The notes under the pieces were generated by a model. That model saw nothing but the letters and a program-made list of their open reading frames with translations, was not told the DNA's origin and ran no database searches. A stretch of 63,676 nt of DNA, filler included, from Octopus bimaculoides (taxonomy: Eukaryota), in the NCBI RefSeq assembly GCF_001194135.2. It is 9 parts of 8 records of this genome, joined end to end, with 100 filler letters (N's around TTAATTAATTAA, not from the genome) between each part and the next. Parts side by side here need not be neighbours in the genome. Positions count along the whole stretch, not along the records: positions 1 to 14,307 come from NC_068986.1; 8 more parts are not named here. One strand, written 5' to 3'. Of this stretch, positions 1 to 10,719 are shown in pieces. Each line of letters opens with the position of its first letter. Position 1 is the stretch's first letter. The position numbers and the translations under genes are program-made.

Positions 1-19
1 TACAAAACAACAAAAGGCG

Positions 20-130
20 AAGACGTGTGTGCAAACAACAAACAGATGTGAGAAAGTCTTTTACGTTTCGAGCCTACGCTCTTCGACAGAAAGGAACAAA
101 TAAATAAGCAGGGAGAGAAAATTTTTTAAA
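20..130 (-). mobile_element. Repeat family A: short Penelope-like 3'-end/pLTR-type remnant
   Basis: Motif ttacgtttcgagcctacgctcttc(g/c/a)acagaaagg recurs at ~60, ~2620, ~12730 and ~46450. Its reverse complement reads ctgtNgaagagcgtaggctcgaaacgt, a GAGC/GCTC hairpin followed by GAAAC. Penelope assignment is inference. Confidence 0.5.
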
Positions 131-204
131 AGGTTTAGTGGCTAGCGATCTATCATATATATAAATAAGCAGTTACACTTATTCAAATGCACACTCTCAC
201 ACTC

Positions 205-205
205 A

Positions 206-248
<43 letters not shown>

Positions 249-256
249 ACACACAC
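205..256. repeat. (CA)n microsatellite
   Basis: Direct reading. Confidence 0.95.
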
Positions 257-343
257 TCGTATCTACTTGTATTGCCCTCTTTTCTCTTTGAATTAGAAAA
301 CGGCGACTTGTTTCATTATTTTCAATTGCACTTTCAGATCAAT

Positions 344-416
344 ATGACACGACTGCTTCCTATTTGCTTGTTGTCTTTGATTGCATTAGCAACTGTTATG
401 GGTGCAGCTGAGATCG
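344..416 (+). CDS. First coding exon (signal peptide) of a secreted cysteine-rich protein: MTRLLPICLLSLIALATVMGAAEI
   Basis: Acceptor ctttcag at 331-337, ATG at 344, hydrophobic signal-peptide-like stretch with a basic N-terminal residue, consensus donor G|GTAAGT at 417 (phase 1). Joins in frame to the exon at 4430. Confidence 0.8.
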
Positions 417-568
417 GTAAGTTTCCAATGAGATATGAAAATACTGAATAATTAAACTTTTGAAAATTGCCTGAGCACCAATTCTTTCATCGATTTAATC
501 AAATACACTTTTTCTGTTTTTAATTGTATTGCACTTATCGATATTTGATTTCCATCATTCTGACTTGA

Positions 569-770
569 TATACGGGGTAGTTACTAAAGGTTCCTGGACA
601 GGTTATGTTTACTAAAGAAAGAATTTATTCACCTAAGTTTTAACATCAATCCTTTTCGAAAGTGTCACCTTATGCAGCAATAGACCGGTCCCAGCATTTC
701 TGTCACTTTTGGAATCTGGCCTGGAAATCGTTTTCCGTGTGAGAGTGGATGCCCTTCTGCAATTCGCTCA
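569..770 (-). mobile_element. Mariner transposase C-terminal remnant with terminal repeat end
   Basis: Minus strand reads ELQKGIHSHTENDFQARFQK*QKCWDRSIAA*GDTFE, a typical mariner C-terminus. It is followed by a tacggggtagttactaaaggttcctgg TIR-like end. Confidence 0.6.
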
Positions 771-772
771 TC

Positions 773-1590
773 AGAAGCTGAACAGGAGACAGTAACAGTT
801 TATTACGTCAACATCGAAGTAAAGGGTGTAATGCTAACAATTAATCAATATAGATGCCAACTCAGCTGGTGGCCCTCATGGATTCCCAGCAATCCTTCTC
901 AAGTCATGCAAACGAGTCTTTGCAAAACCATTGCAGCTACTTTTTTCAGAGCTACCTCTGAAATGGTAAGCTTCCGGATAAACAAAAGGATTGGGATAAT
1001 ATACCCTATCCATAAAGTAAGAAGCAGATCAGGTGCTAAAAACTATAGGCCGGTCTCTCTGATCTCACACATCACCAAAATCATGGAACGAATAGTATGA
1101 AGGAAATTAATTGCATTCCTTGAAGAGTCAACCATGGTATAATTTGTCACAAGCTGCGTAGTTTTGGCTTAGCTGCAAAACTTGGAGAATGGACACTTGA
1201 CTTTCTAAAGGATAGACGTTAGTTAGTAGTTCTCAATGTGGCCACCTCTAAAGAAACTCAAATAATGGTATTCTGCATGGCATTGTCTTGGGGACGTGGC
1301 TTTTCATAGGGGCCCTCTCTGACATGCCCTTAGCTACTCAAATAGCCACTCTTGCTAGCTATGCATACGATACAAAAAACTCTCAAAAGATACAGGACAC
1401 TGCATTTCTTGCACATCTACAACGTGAGATCGATGCAATATACAGGTGGGCCGAGGAAAATAACATGCAGATTAATACTGGAAAATTCCAAGTCATGTGC
1501 TACAAACACAGAAAACCTTCTTTAGGTACGCCAAGGAGACTGCATTGCAGGGTAGGCCTTGCTTCTTGTAAAACGAGGGAAACCCAATGA
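773..1590 (+). mobile_element. CR1/L2-group LINE reverse transcriptase fragment (decayed)
   Basis: IYPIHK...KNYRPVSLISHITKIMERIV; LASYAYDTK (YADDTK-like); LQREIDAIYRWAEENNMQINTGKFQVM. Contains stops and frameshifts. Confidence 0.85.
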
Positions 1591-1765
1591 GAAGAAGTGA
1601 AACACTGAATGAACAGTTTAAAAGTGTCTTCATCCCACCACTACGAAACATGCAAATTATCAAACCTATAGAGATCGTTACCACTACAGAAGCTGAACAG
1701 GAGGCAGTAACAATTTATTACATCAGCATCGAAGAAAAGGATGTAATACTGACAATATATGATGT
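1587..1765 (+). mobile_element. Second CR1-like fragment (pre-RT linker), partly duplicating 773-850
   Basis: LNEQFKSVF...ISIEEKDVI; agaagctgaacaggag...gtaat(g/a)ct(a/g)acaat is shared with 774-841. Confidence 0.65.
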
Positions 1766-2025
1766 ATAAATATATAGAGACAGATACAGATAGAGAGATA
1801 TAGAGAGGTAGAGATAGATAAAGAGAGATGGATAGAGAGATACGGACACATCGCTGACACTAAAAAACCGGAAGTATATATTTTTAAAAACTTTCAAAGG
1901 CGTGAATCTAATCTGAAAACCAATATTTTTTTCAATGATAAAATGGATGTAAGGGAGACAATTAATTTCTGAAAGTTACTTCGCAAAGAGTTACCTCCTT
2001 TCTCTATGTAACCCAGGAACTACTG

Positions 2026-2425
2026 TTATCTGTCCCCGCGGGCTTGTTACTCATTATGTAAAAACATTTAAGAGTCTACAATCATGCCTGCAACATAAGT
2101 AATGTATGTTCCCAGTTTGGAAAAAAAATCAGTTCAAAAATACGCCGTTATAATATTATNNNNNNNNNNNNNNNNNNNNNNNNNNNNNNNNNNNNNNNNN
2201 NNNNNNNNNNNNNNNNNNNNNNNNNNNNNNNNNNNNNNNNNNNNNNNNNNNNNNNNNNNAAATTGCGTTCTCTATGCGTGTGTCTGTATGTAAAAGATTA
2301 TAACGGCGTATTTTTCAACTGATTTTTTTTCCAGACTGGGAACATACATTACTTATGTTGCAGGCATGATTGTAGACTCTTAAATGTTTTTACATAATGA
2401 GTAACAAGCCCGCGGGGACAGATAA
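2026..2425. repeat. Long inverted repeat (129-bp arms 2026-2154 / 2297-2425) around an N gap; foldback/MITE-like
   Basis: Arms are reverse complements with only two mismatches seen. Confidence 0.85.
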
Positions 2426-2490
2426 TTGAGCACTCAACATAAGTTCAGTTATATATTCTTTTAGAATATTTCTTTTAGAATATTACTTAT

Positions 2491-2524
<34 letters not shown>

Positions 2525-2529
2525 GGGAG

Positions 2530-2720
2530 AATTCACAAAAAAGAACAAAAGACGAAGGTAGGTGATGTAGACAACAAACAGATGTATCAGTATAACGCTC
2601 AGGAAGTGAAAAAGTCTTTAACGTTTCGAGCCTACGCTCTTCCACAGAAAGGAACACAGTAAGAAACAAGGAGAGAAACAAGGAGAGACAAAAAGAATGT
2701 CCTGTAACAAGCGATCTATA
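2530..2720 (-). mobile_element. Repeat family A copy
   Basis: Shares acaacaaacagatg...aaagtctttaacgtttcgagcctacgctcttccacagaaaggaac with 20-130. Confidence 0.6.
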
Positions 2721-2789
2721 TATGCATACATATATACATACACACATATATATACACACTCACACACGCACACACACACACATATACAC

Positions 2790-2831
<42 letters not shown>

Positions 2832-3569
2832 AAATGAATGTGTAATAAGGTTTTTGTATACAAAATAATTACCAAAATACATATGCGCGTGTATGAAAAT
2901 GTGTGCATGTGTAAACGTGTGCATTTACAAACGTGTACATGTATAAACGTGTGCATGTGTAAAATGTGTGCATGTGTAAACGATTGTAATTAATTAGTTT
3001 ACAGGGTGATTTGATCTAGGTTGGCGGGTTCAATATAAATATTTACCCGTAGATACTAAGACATAAAATTTGCTGATCGAAAAACTGCGCGTCTATTACA
3101 AAAGGTCACAGAGGAAAACCATTCACATTTTTACAGAAAAGAGTTATGGGGAGGTCCCATACATTAAATAATTCCATCCTATCAGTTCCGAAAATATTTG
3201 TTGTATTATGTAACAAAAAAGGGGCTTTTACGGTTTTTTAACGAAATGTAACGTCACTCACCAATTCGCTCTAAAAATATAACTTTCTTCCTGAAACACT
3301 ACAGGCAGTTTTCGAAGTTTTTTTTTTTTTCGTGTATCTGTTAATTATCGAGATATCACCGTCCGTATCCAATTGTAACTTTACGTTGTACGATTAATTT
3401 TAACATACACAAATTTCCTTTTAGACTAGTTCGTATTTTTTTGTCATCGACAACCTCTCTACGAGATTTTTTCTGTGGAACCACATTTTAGGTTCTATCT
3501 TTCAGTGCGACATTTTATGGCCTATTTTACCAAAACGTCAGTCGGTAAGTTCAGAGTTCAGAGTTCAGA

Positions 3570-3695
3570 TTCTGCCGAGGTTGACTTTGCATTTCATACT
3601 TTCGAGGTTGATAAATCAAGAACTAATGAAGTACTGGGGTCCATGTAATCGACTATTTCCCTCCCCCAAAAGTGCTGCTTTTTTGGGAACATTTG
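3570..3695 (+). mobile_element. SINE-like fragment (family with ctgccgaggtcgactttgc core) ending in an (ATT)n tail
   Basis: Same core at ~6195 (+) and ~34050 (-). Confidence 0.65.
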
Positions 3696-3698
3696 AAG

Positions 3699-3699
<1 letters not shown>

Positions 3700-3776
<77 letters not shown>

Positions 3777-3778
3777 CT
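3700..3778. repeat. (ATT)n/(AGT)n compound microsatellite
   Basis: Direct reading; a further (ATT)n lies at 3945-4022. Confidence 0.95.
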
Positions 3779-3804
3779 AGTTCTATTTTTTAGTGTTCAT
3801 GTAT

Positions 3805-3905
3805 GTAAGGTAGCAAATGCACTTATCATCAGCCACACAGGGAGATGCTCAACTGGTTAAGGTCAAGCAACTGACAAGCAAATCTGTGGTATTAAGCAGA
3901 ATATT
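3805..3905 (-). mobile_element. Dispersed repeat fragment (family E), reverse complement of part of 63290-63365
   Basis: ctggttaaggtcaagcaactgacaagcaaatctgtggtatt matches the reverse complement of 63288-63330. Confidence 0.7.
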
Positions 3906-3960
3906 TACTCTAGCCCATCGTTTATACCAAGACAAAACAATGTACTTATTATTATTATTA

Positions 3961-4013
<53 letters not shown>

Positions 4014-4429
4014 ATTATTATTACTAGTTCTATTTCTTAGTGTTCATGTATGTAAGCTAGCAAATAACAGCTACACCAAAACCTGAATACCGGTGTTTCC
4101 TGTACTTTACCAGTTCGCAATAAAACCTTTTAGTTCGCTTCAACTGCGCACGTAGGTAGGAGAAACCTTTATAGAAGAAACTATATGTTCATTAAATTGG
4201 TATCAATATACTCCACTTATTTGTTTTATCAAAACAGGACTGGGAAAAGAAGTAAAAGATCCGACTGAATTTCATATACGGATTGGAATGAAGCAACGGA
4301 TGTTATCTAAGTTGGATATTATTGAAACCAACTTTACATTCTCCTAGTTGATAATAAATCTACGTTAGGAAATATCCAATATATAATATACTGTTTAGTA
4401 GATATATTAATATGTGTATTTTTATTTAG

Positions 4430-4567
4430 AGTGTAATGGATGTTTAATGGAAGGTAAATGCTACCGTTTCGGAGAAAGTTGGAAGGAAAAGACGGAAATT
4501 ATGTGTAACGTGAAAAGATGCATTCGTTTAAATAAAAATCAATGGAAAGTAACCGTAAAGAAAGTGT
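4430..4567 (+). CDS. Second coding exon of the secreted Cys-rich protein (module 1): ECNGCLMEGKCYRFGESWKEKTEIMCNVKRCIRLNKNQWKVTVKKV
   Basis: Acceptor tttttatttag ends at 4429, donor T|GTAAGT at 4568. 138 nt, symmetric phase 1-1, open frame, lies inside the ORF-track entry 4414..4695. Confidence 0.85.
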
Positions 4568-4890
4568 GTAAGTTGCCAAAGAATATCTTTGTATCCTTCC
4601 TTCACTATACATTTTCAAACAGCCAATATCTCAACGAGTTGAGATATTGCCTCATACAATATTCTCGTGATGTGATCAGCTTGTTCTGCTTTTGATCAAG
4701 TGACAGATGACGTTGGTTCCACCGGTCAGGAACCTCCAGCTTATTCCTACAACCCAAACACAAAACAATTTCTCAAATGTCATCATTTCTAAAAATAAAT
4801 TTGGCATCAATTCTAAAAATAGCCAAACACATACTGCTGCTGTCCAAAGGAATTGGTATAAAAGACAGAAAACCAGCCAGTCTATTACAG

Positions 4891-5044
4891 TATGTTACAG
4901 TCTGTCATACCGGCCATGATGAAATACCACAAGGTATAGAAAATACGTATTCGCCTTTATATATTTAATCCTTTATATTGAACACTCAATATTTCATCTA
5001 TTCAATAAGACATATTCCATATATTCAATAAGACATTCAATACT
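4891..5044 (+). mobile_element. Dispersed repeat with degenerate minimal hammerhead-like motif (intronic copy)
   Basis: Near-identical to 26845-26996. Contains ggc-cATGATGA-aatacc-acaa-ggtata-GAAA-atacgtat-TC-gcc. Confidence 0.6.
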
Positions 5045-5639
5045 NNNNNNNNNNNNNNNNNNNNNNNNNNNNNNNNNNNNNNNNNNNNNNNNNNNNNNNN
5101 NNNNNNNNNNNNNNNNNNNNNNNNNNNNNNNNNNNNNNNNNNNNNNNNNNNNNNNNNNNNNNNNNNNNNNNNNNNNNNNNNNNNNNNNNNNNNNNNNNNN
5201 NNNNNNNNNNNNNNNNNNNNNNNNNNNNNNNNNNNNNNNNNNNNNNNNNNNNNNNNNNNNNNNNNNNNNNNNNNNNNNNNNNNNNNNNNNNNNNNNNNNN
5301 NNNNNNNNNNNNNNNNNNNNNNNNNNNNNNNTATATATACAGTATTCTTCAAATTTTCTTAGAGTGATCTAAATATTTTTTCCTATATTAACGAAGTCAA
5401 ATATCCAACCTTGATTTTAATGAAACGTTAATTATCAGAATAATTATCGTAATAACCTCTGAAATTAATATCGACTGCACCAAAAATATTCCAACTATGT
5501 TATAACTACACACATGACAATAATCTTACATTCAATCTTGTTTCATATACGCAACTTATAAATGAAAGCTATGCACATGTGTCCATACATACTAATACAA
5601 ATACCACACACGACAAATCGACTGTATTCGGCTCAGTCC

Positions 5640-5890
5640 TCAGTTAAATTATTGGCTGTACATTGTGTTCTTGAGCAATTCACTTTATTTCACATTGCGC
5701 CATCCCATTCAGCAGGAAAAATTAGTCGTACTTATAATTCAAAGAGTCCACTCTATCTCGTTCTGAAGCTCACTCAGAACTACGATAACGGCACGCGTGC
5801 CTCTGGTGTTCTCAGCGACTTGCACCTCAGTTTTACGAGTAGGCGTTTCTGTTGAGCAGATCAAGAGGGATACTTGATGTCGTAACCGGC
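5640..5890 (+). mobile_element. Decayed tRNA-derived SINE
   Basis: gtgttcttgagcaa..actttatttcac central block shared with the copies at 25280 and 48620; tail similar to 27330-27450. Confidence 0.6.
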
Positions 5891-6189
5891 TTCATGCGAA
5901 TTTTACACTTATAACCGAAGAGAATGCTTCAAATAGCTTTCATGCGACTGGGGTATATAAATTGAAATGCCTTCTATCTCTCCTTAAAATCGAGGCACAG
6001 AACATACACACATTTACCTTAATCTATTCCGATTTTAGGAATATAAACTCAAGATATAAGGTTCCTAATAAATTACGTTTAATAAATATATAATCAAGAA
6101 TGATTTTGAATGAAACGGTGAACTGGGAAAATAGTTATAATGCCGGGCAAAATGTTTATCGGATTTCTTTCTGGTTTTCGGATTTGACT

Positions 6190-6290
6190 TCAAGTTCTGC
6201 CGAGGTCGACTTTGCATTTAAAGTCTTCCAGGATCCGATATAATCGACTTATGCGATCCCCTAAAATTGCTGGCCTTTTGCCAGGTTTTA
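6190..6290 (+). mobile_element. SINE-like fragment (ctgccgaggtcgactttgc family)
   Basis: Similarity to 3570-3695. Confidence 0.55.
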
Positions 6291-6370
6291 GCAATAATAG
6301 GTACGATTAAGTGAAGTACAGTTACTTAATAAAGTAAGCTAGATATTGCTTGTTTTCTTATCAACAACAG

Positions 6371-6518
6371 TTTGTCGGCGGAATGATGACAAATGTGTTG
6401 GGAACGGTAGAACGTGGCCACTCTTAAAAGACGGTGAATGCTGGATTCGCAGGTGCAAAATTTGGGAAGATAATCGCGTTGAAATCACATCAAAATTAGG
6501 GGACATTTGTTACGTAAA
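6371..6518 (+). CDS. Third coding exon of the secreted Cys-rich protein (module 2): FCRRNDDKCVGNGRTWPLLKDGECWIRRCKIWEDNRVEITSKLGDICYVK
   Basis: Acceptor tgttttcttatcaacaacag ends at 6370 (phase 1, in frame with exon 4430-4567). Same Cys/Gly/Trp spacing as module 1. Donor AA|GTAAGT at 6519, or read-through stop TAA at 6520-6522. Confidence 0.8.
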
Positions 6519-6779
6519 GTAAGTATATATTTTAAGCTACCTAATTTAATTTATTCTCCTCCACGTTGCTGTTGAGTTTCCCGTGTAACACACGTCCTCG
6601 TCTATTCTACCTCTAACTCCAGTTAGCTTTCATTCAGATATAAAAATACAATCGTAAATATTTCCAGTTACATATTTCAACTGACAAACCGTGGAAATCC
6701 TTGTTCTGTTTTTTCTACTCTAAAAAAAGTGTGTCTTTTTTTGTCGGGGCAATCTATGACAAACAGTCATGCTCGCATA

Positions 6780-9060
6780 TGCTTAAAAGATAAACTTCAA
6801 GAAAATCTTTATAGATTTTTACAGTTCTAGTGATGGATTGGATCTGTAATCTTCGAATTAGCTTTCTCTTTTCTAGTTTTGAGAAGCCTAATTTCTCAAG
6901 ATTGGTAATTAAGTAGTGCATTAGATATCACAGGGCCCCAATAATTACAGGTATAAACCTGAACCTGTAATCTGGATAGAGTAGCTGCAGATTTCTCAAT
7001 AGTTCACCATAGATGTTCCCTTTTTCACTGATCTTCAGCTTTATGTTAACATCCGCTGGACAGCTAATTGCCACAACTGTTTCTCTTCTCTATCTCAAAT
7101 CATTATATCAGGTCTTTTGTGCTTACAATTTATTGAGGTCTTCACTGGGACATTCCACCAGTATTCCTTTTCATTATGAGCGGCTATAGATTCTACCTTA
7201 CTGTGAGTTCTTATTTCTTAGACCTTGGAGTTATCCTTCCCACGGGACTTTCATTATAGTGTCTCAGCTACAACATCGTGTCTCATCGGTAGATAATACC
7301 GTGATGACATTTTCGGACAACGGCTTAAGGTGTGGGTGATATCTTCAGTGTTAACCCCACAAAGTCTAAATCGGTCGTCATATTTCACTGATTTTCCTGC
7401 ATTTTGTCCATTTTGTGCATCGGGTATTTGATATTTCCTGTTCCTGGGTTGCAAACGCATACCCTTCAAAGTGGGAGGTATTAAGCTGGTTGTCGGTCCA
7501 TAATAGACTGCTTCGATAATCAATGTTACTATCATCTCTGAGCTTTCTACTAACATATCCATGCACGATCTTCTGCTCTTATATGCTCATCCTTTCATGT
7601 GATGATATGTTGCAGGAGAGTCGTGCGACTTCTTTGGGCATGTATTTAAGGTTATCAGACAAGGAATGCTGCACAAGGACCTGCTTCCCAAGTCTTATGA
7701 TGTTATCAGCCCCATGTAAGCAATCTTGGACAAGGGACGCACTTCGAAACTAGACGTTTAAACGATGTTGCCAAAGGGATATAATACGACATTTAAAGAC
7801 AGTTTGAATCGATGTTAAGTCAATGCCGCCTTGTTTTTGTTTTATGTAGTGGCTGTCTACGTCCCTGTTGATGTGGAAATTATGTGTGCTTGTTAGTATT
7901 TTTCGCGTTTTCACATTAATGGCTCCCACCTCATCAAGTTTCCAGTCAAACAGCCCAAATATTGGTATGAATACTGGCACTGCAAGTACATTGAGGGCCA
8001 CTGTTTTATTGAACTCAGCGAATTCCAACGTCCAACTTTACTTTATTCGGCTGTAATATACATTAGTGACACGTGTTTTGTTACAGGTGTCATTGTAAGT
8101 TATGCTTCCATTCATTTCTCGATACCTGCAACATTCCTCATCAGACATATGGGAAACAGTCAAGTCATTGAAGGAGATGTTGCCAGTATGAGGGACAGAG
8201 TGAAATACTTTTTGTAGTTTAGCCACATTGAAACTAGCTTCTTTCCATGTTCCTGCACCTCTGACATCACATGTTTGCTGATTAACAATTGCTCAGCACA
8301 TCCCCAGATTCCCTTCTTCGTAGTTGCTTGTTCTGCTGTGATAATGTTATTGGTTTCCCAATGGTCCTGGAGGAAGAGGCTTTAACATGTTGTATATATT
8401 TTATACATCAAGTTGTGGCATGCAATTGGCCGGTAGTTTTTATCCATGTGAATGATTCTGCATCTGGGGATCAGTTTTGTCTCTGTCAGAGCAAGCCACT
8501 ATGGTACGCTACTGTTCCCACTGTGAGCTTGCTGGTACAGATTGATAAGATATGGTCGGTAGAAGTTTAGCTTCTTGTACCAATATCCAAAATTCAAGTT
8601 TCTTCCATGTGCTTTTCCATCCTGAAGTTTCTGGATCATGGTGTCAAGTGTATATAGACATATACCATGTCTAACTTAATAGCACCAACTTGATATAATT
8701 CTGTTAAGTTCTCTGGTATCGTAACATTCAATTAGGGAGACGATATTGACTGAGACTTATCTAGGCATAGATAGCTTATCTCTCATCCCTTCAAGAAATT
8801 TGTTCAGATATCATTGGAAGTAACGGGATCGTTTTCTTCTTTGAATTGCTTTGCAATCATGTCAAATACTGCAGAGACATTTGAGGAAAAGTAATTTGGT
8901 TGCCTGTATGAGGGTTGGCTGAAACCTTCAAGGGCCGACCAAGATACTCTCATGGAATGTGGCCAAATGAGTTTTATTTTCTAACATATTCCGGTCAACA
9001 CGTTTCTTCCATTGGTGTTCCAACGCTTGGTTCCCATTGGTAAAGAAACATTCATCCTAT
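6780..9060 (-). mobile_element. R4/Dong-like non-LTR retrotransposon 3' half (RT, CCHC finger, restriction-like endonuclease), decayed
   Basis: KTRKILT...KQGG; CRLCGVNTEDITHTLSRCPKM...RHDVVA; WWNVPVKT..KHKRPDI...ISCPADVNI...IPVIIGAL. Multiple stops and frameshifts. Confidence 0.85.
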
Positions 9061-9918
9061 TAGTCAAAAGAAGTCAACAGCAGCATATATTGTTGCAATG
9101 ATACGAAACTAAATGTACTTAATTTCACATTGTTAAATAAGCTGTCGCAGATAAAAGGTGGTCAGCTCGGTGGCAGACACAGACAGTAATTGAATAGACA
9201 ACCAACCACATATAGTAGCAACAGCAAAACACGATGGATATATCGACTCCAAACTAATCGAATTATCAGCACATTATTATCATTAGATATTTCTCAACGC
9301 TACCGATGCACCAGTATCGTCACTGAACGCGACGTGTCACAAAACAAAAGCACAAGAAGAAAATTAATGCACAGTGACAAACTGCAAGAATACACATACT
9401 AACGGACTACACATGTTTAACAGGAGGCATTGCTACAAATTTACATACAAGACTGTTGTTATCAGATCGGCTACATAGTGCGTGTTGTGTCACAGAAAAT
9501 AACCAAATCAACCATGTTGTATTACACAAGAAAATCAATAATATTATGGCTACATCTCACATTCCCGAAATGCAGTGTCACTTAGACAATGCAGCCGATG
9601 CCCTCCAAATATTCAAACAAAATATCATGTACTAATGTGAAGATGTCCTGTACCCATATATGCTTGTATGTATACATATAGACCCCGAAGTATACAACCC
9701 GAAGTATATTTTAATTCGTCAATGAGATTAACCTGCTCGATAAATCTATGCAGCTGGAAATCGAAGGTAGCGCATTTATAACCTTATTGTTTAATGGCAT
9801 TTTATTGCAGTAAGATTTACAATTTTATAATTAACGACACTAGCCAAATTTATTTAGTAATAATTGTTCTTGCTATATATATATAAATAAATGTTCTATA
9901 TTTTTTCTGCTTTTATAG

Positions 9919-9931
9919 AAAATTATACTGA
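9919..9931 (+). CDS. Candidate terminal exon of the secreted Cys-rich gene (adds K-L-Y-stop)
   Basis: Strong acceptor ttttttctgcttttatag ends at 9918, phase-2 compatible (AA+A AAA TTA TAC TGA), AATAAA at 10073-10078. Other acceptors (~9149, ~13181) cannot be excluded. Confidence 0.35.
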
Positions 9932-10255
9932 TCGATCTAAACCTGAAACAAAAATCGAAAGCAAAACGAAAATCAGTTTGCTATAAACTGATAAAGACGG
10001 AGAATTTTACCGGACTAAGATATTAACATTATCTCATATAATCTCCACTTAAACAAGTGTATCAATTAACGTAATAAACTTTCAGAACACTTCTATTTCT
10101 TTCTGTTTTGTTTTCTCTTTTTGATATTTATGACAGTTAGAAACCATTAGAAAGAAATTATGCTTAAAAAGGGCCATAACAGATGTATTTCTATGTATTA
10201 ATCTATGTATTAATCTATGTATTAATCTATGTATTAATCTATGTATGTATGTATG

Positions 10256-10320
<65 letters not shown>

Positions 10321-10424
10321 GTTTGTCTCACTATCTGTCTGTATATCTATCTATCTATCTACATATCTATTTATATATCTATATACATAAAATTTCAAGA
10401 AAACAGAAAATGGAGATAACATTC

Positions 10425-10703
10425 ATGAACAACAATGGATTTGGCTCAATTATTATTTATTAATAATTTACAAAAAAAACTGCATCCCATCTAACATCTG
10501 TTTCTGCTGCCGATGTTCTTTGGAATTACCATTATGATGCTAACAGAATATTTATCATAGTTGGCAATAAAACGGTTTGAATCATGGAGCTTCATCAGAG
10601 GTAATTCCAAAGAACATTGGCAGCAGAAACAGCTGTTAGATGAGATGCAGTATTTTGTAAATGTTTAATAAATAATAATTGATGCAAATCAATTGTTGTT
10701 CAT
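10425..10703. repeat. Imperfect inverted repeat (~105-bp arms 10425-10530 / 10600-10703) with CTGATGA core in the loop (minus strand)
   Basis: Arms are reverse complements at an estimated ~90% identity. Minus strand loop reads ctCTGATGAagctccatgattcaaaccgtttta. Confidence 0.8.
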
Positions 10704-10719
10704 CAACGGTATTCTTCTA

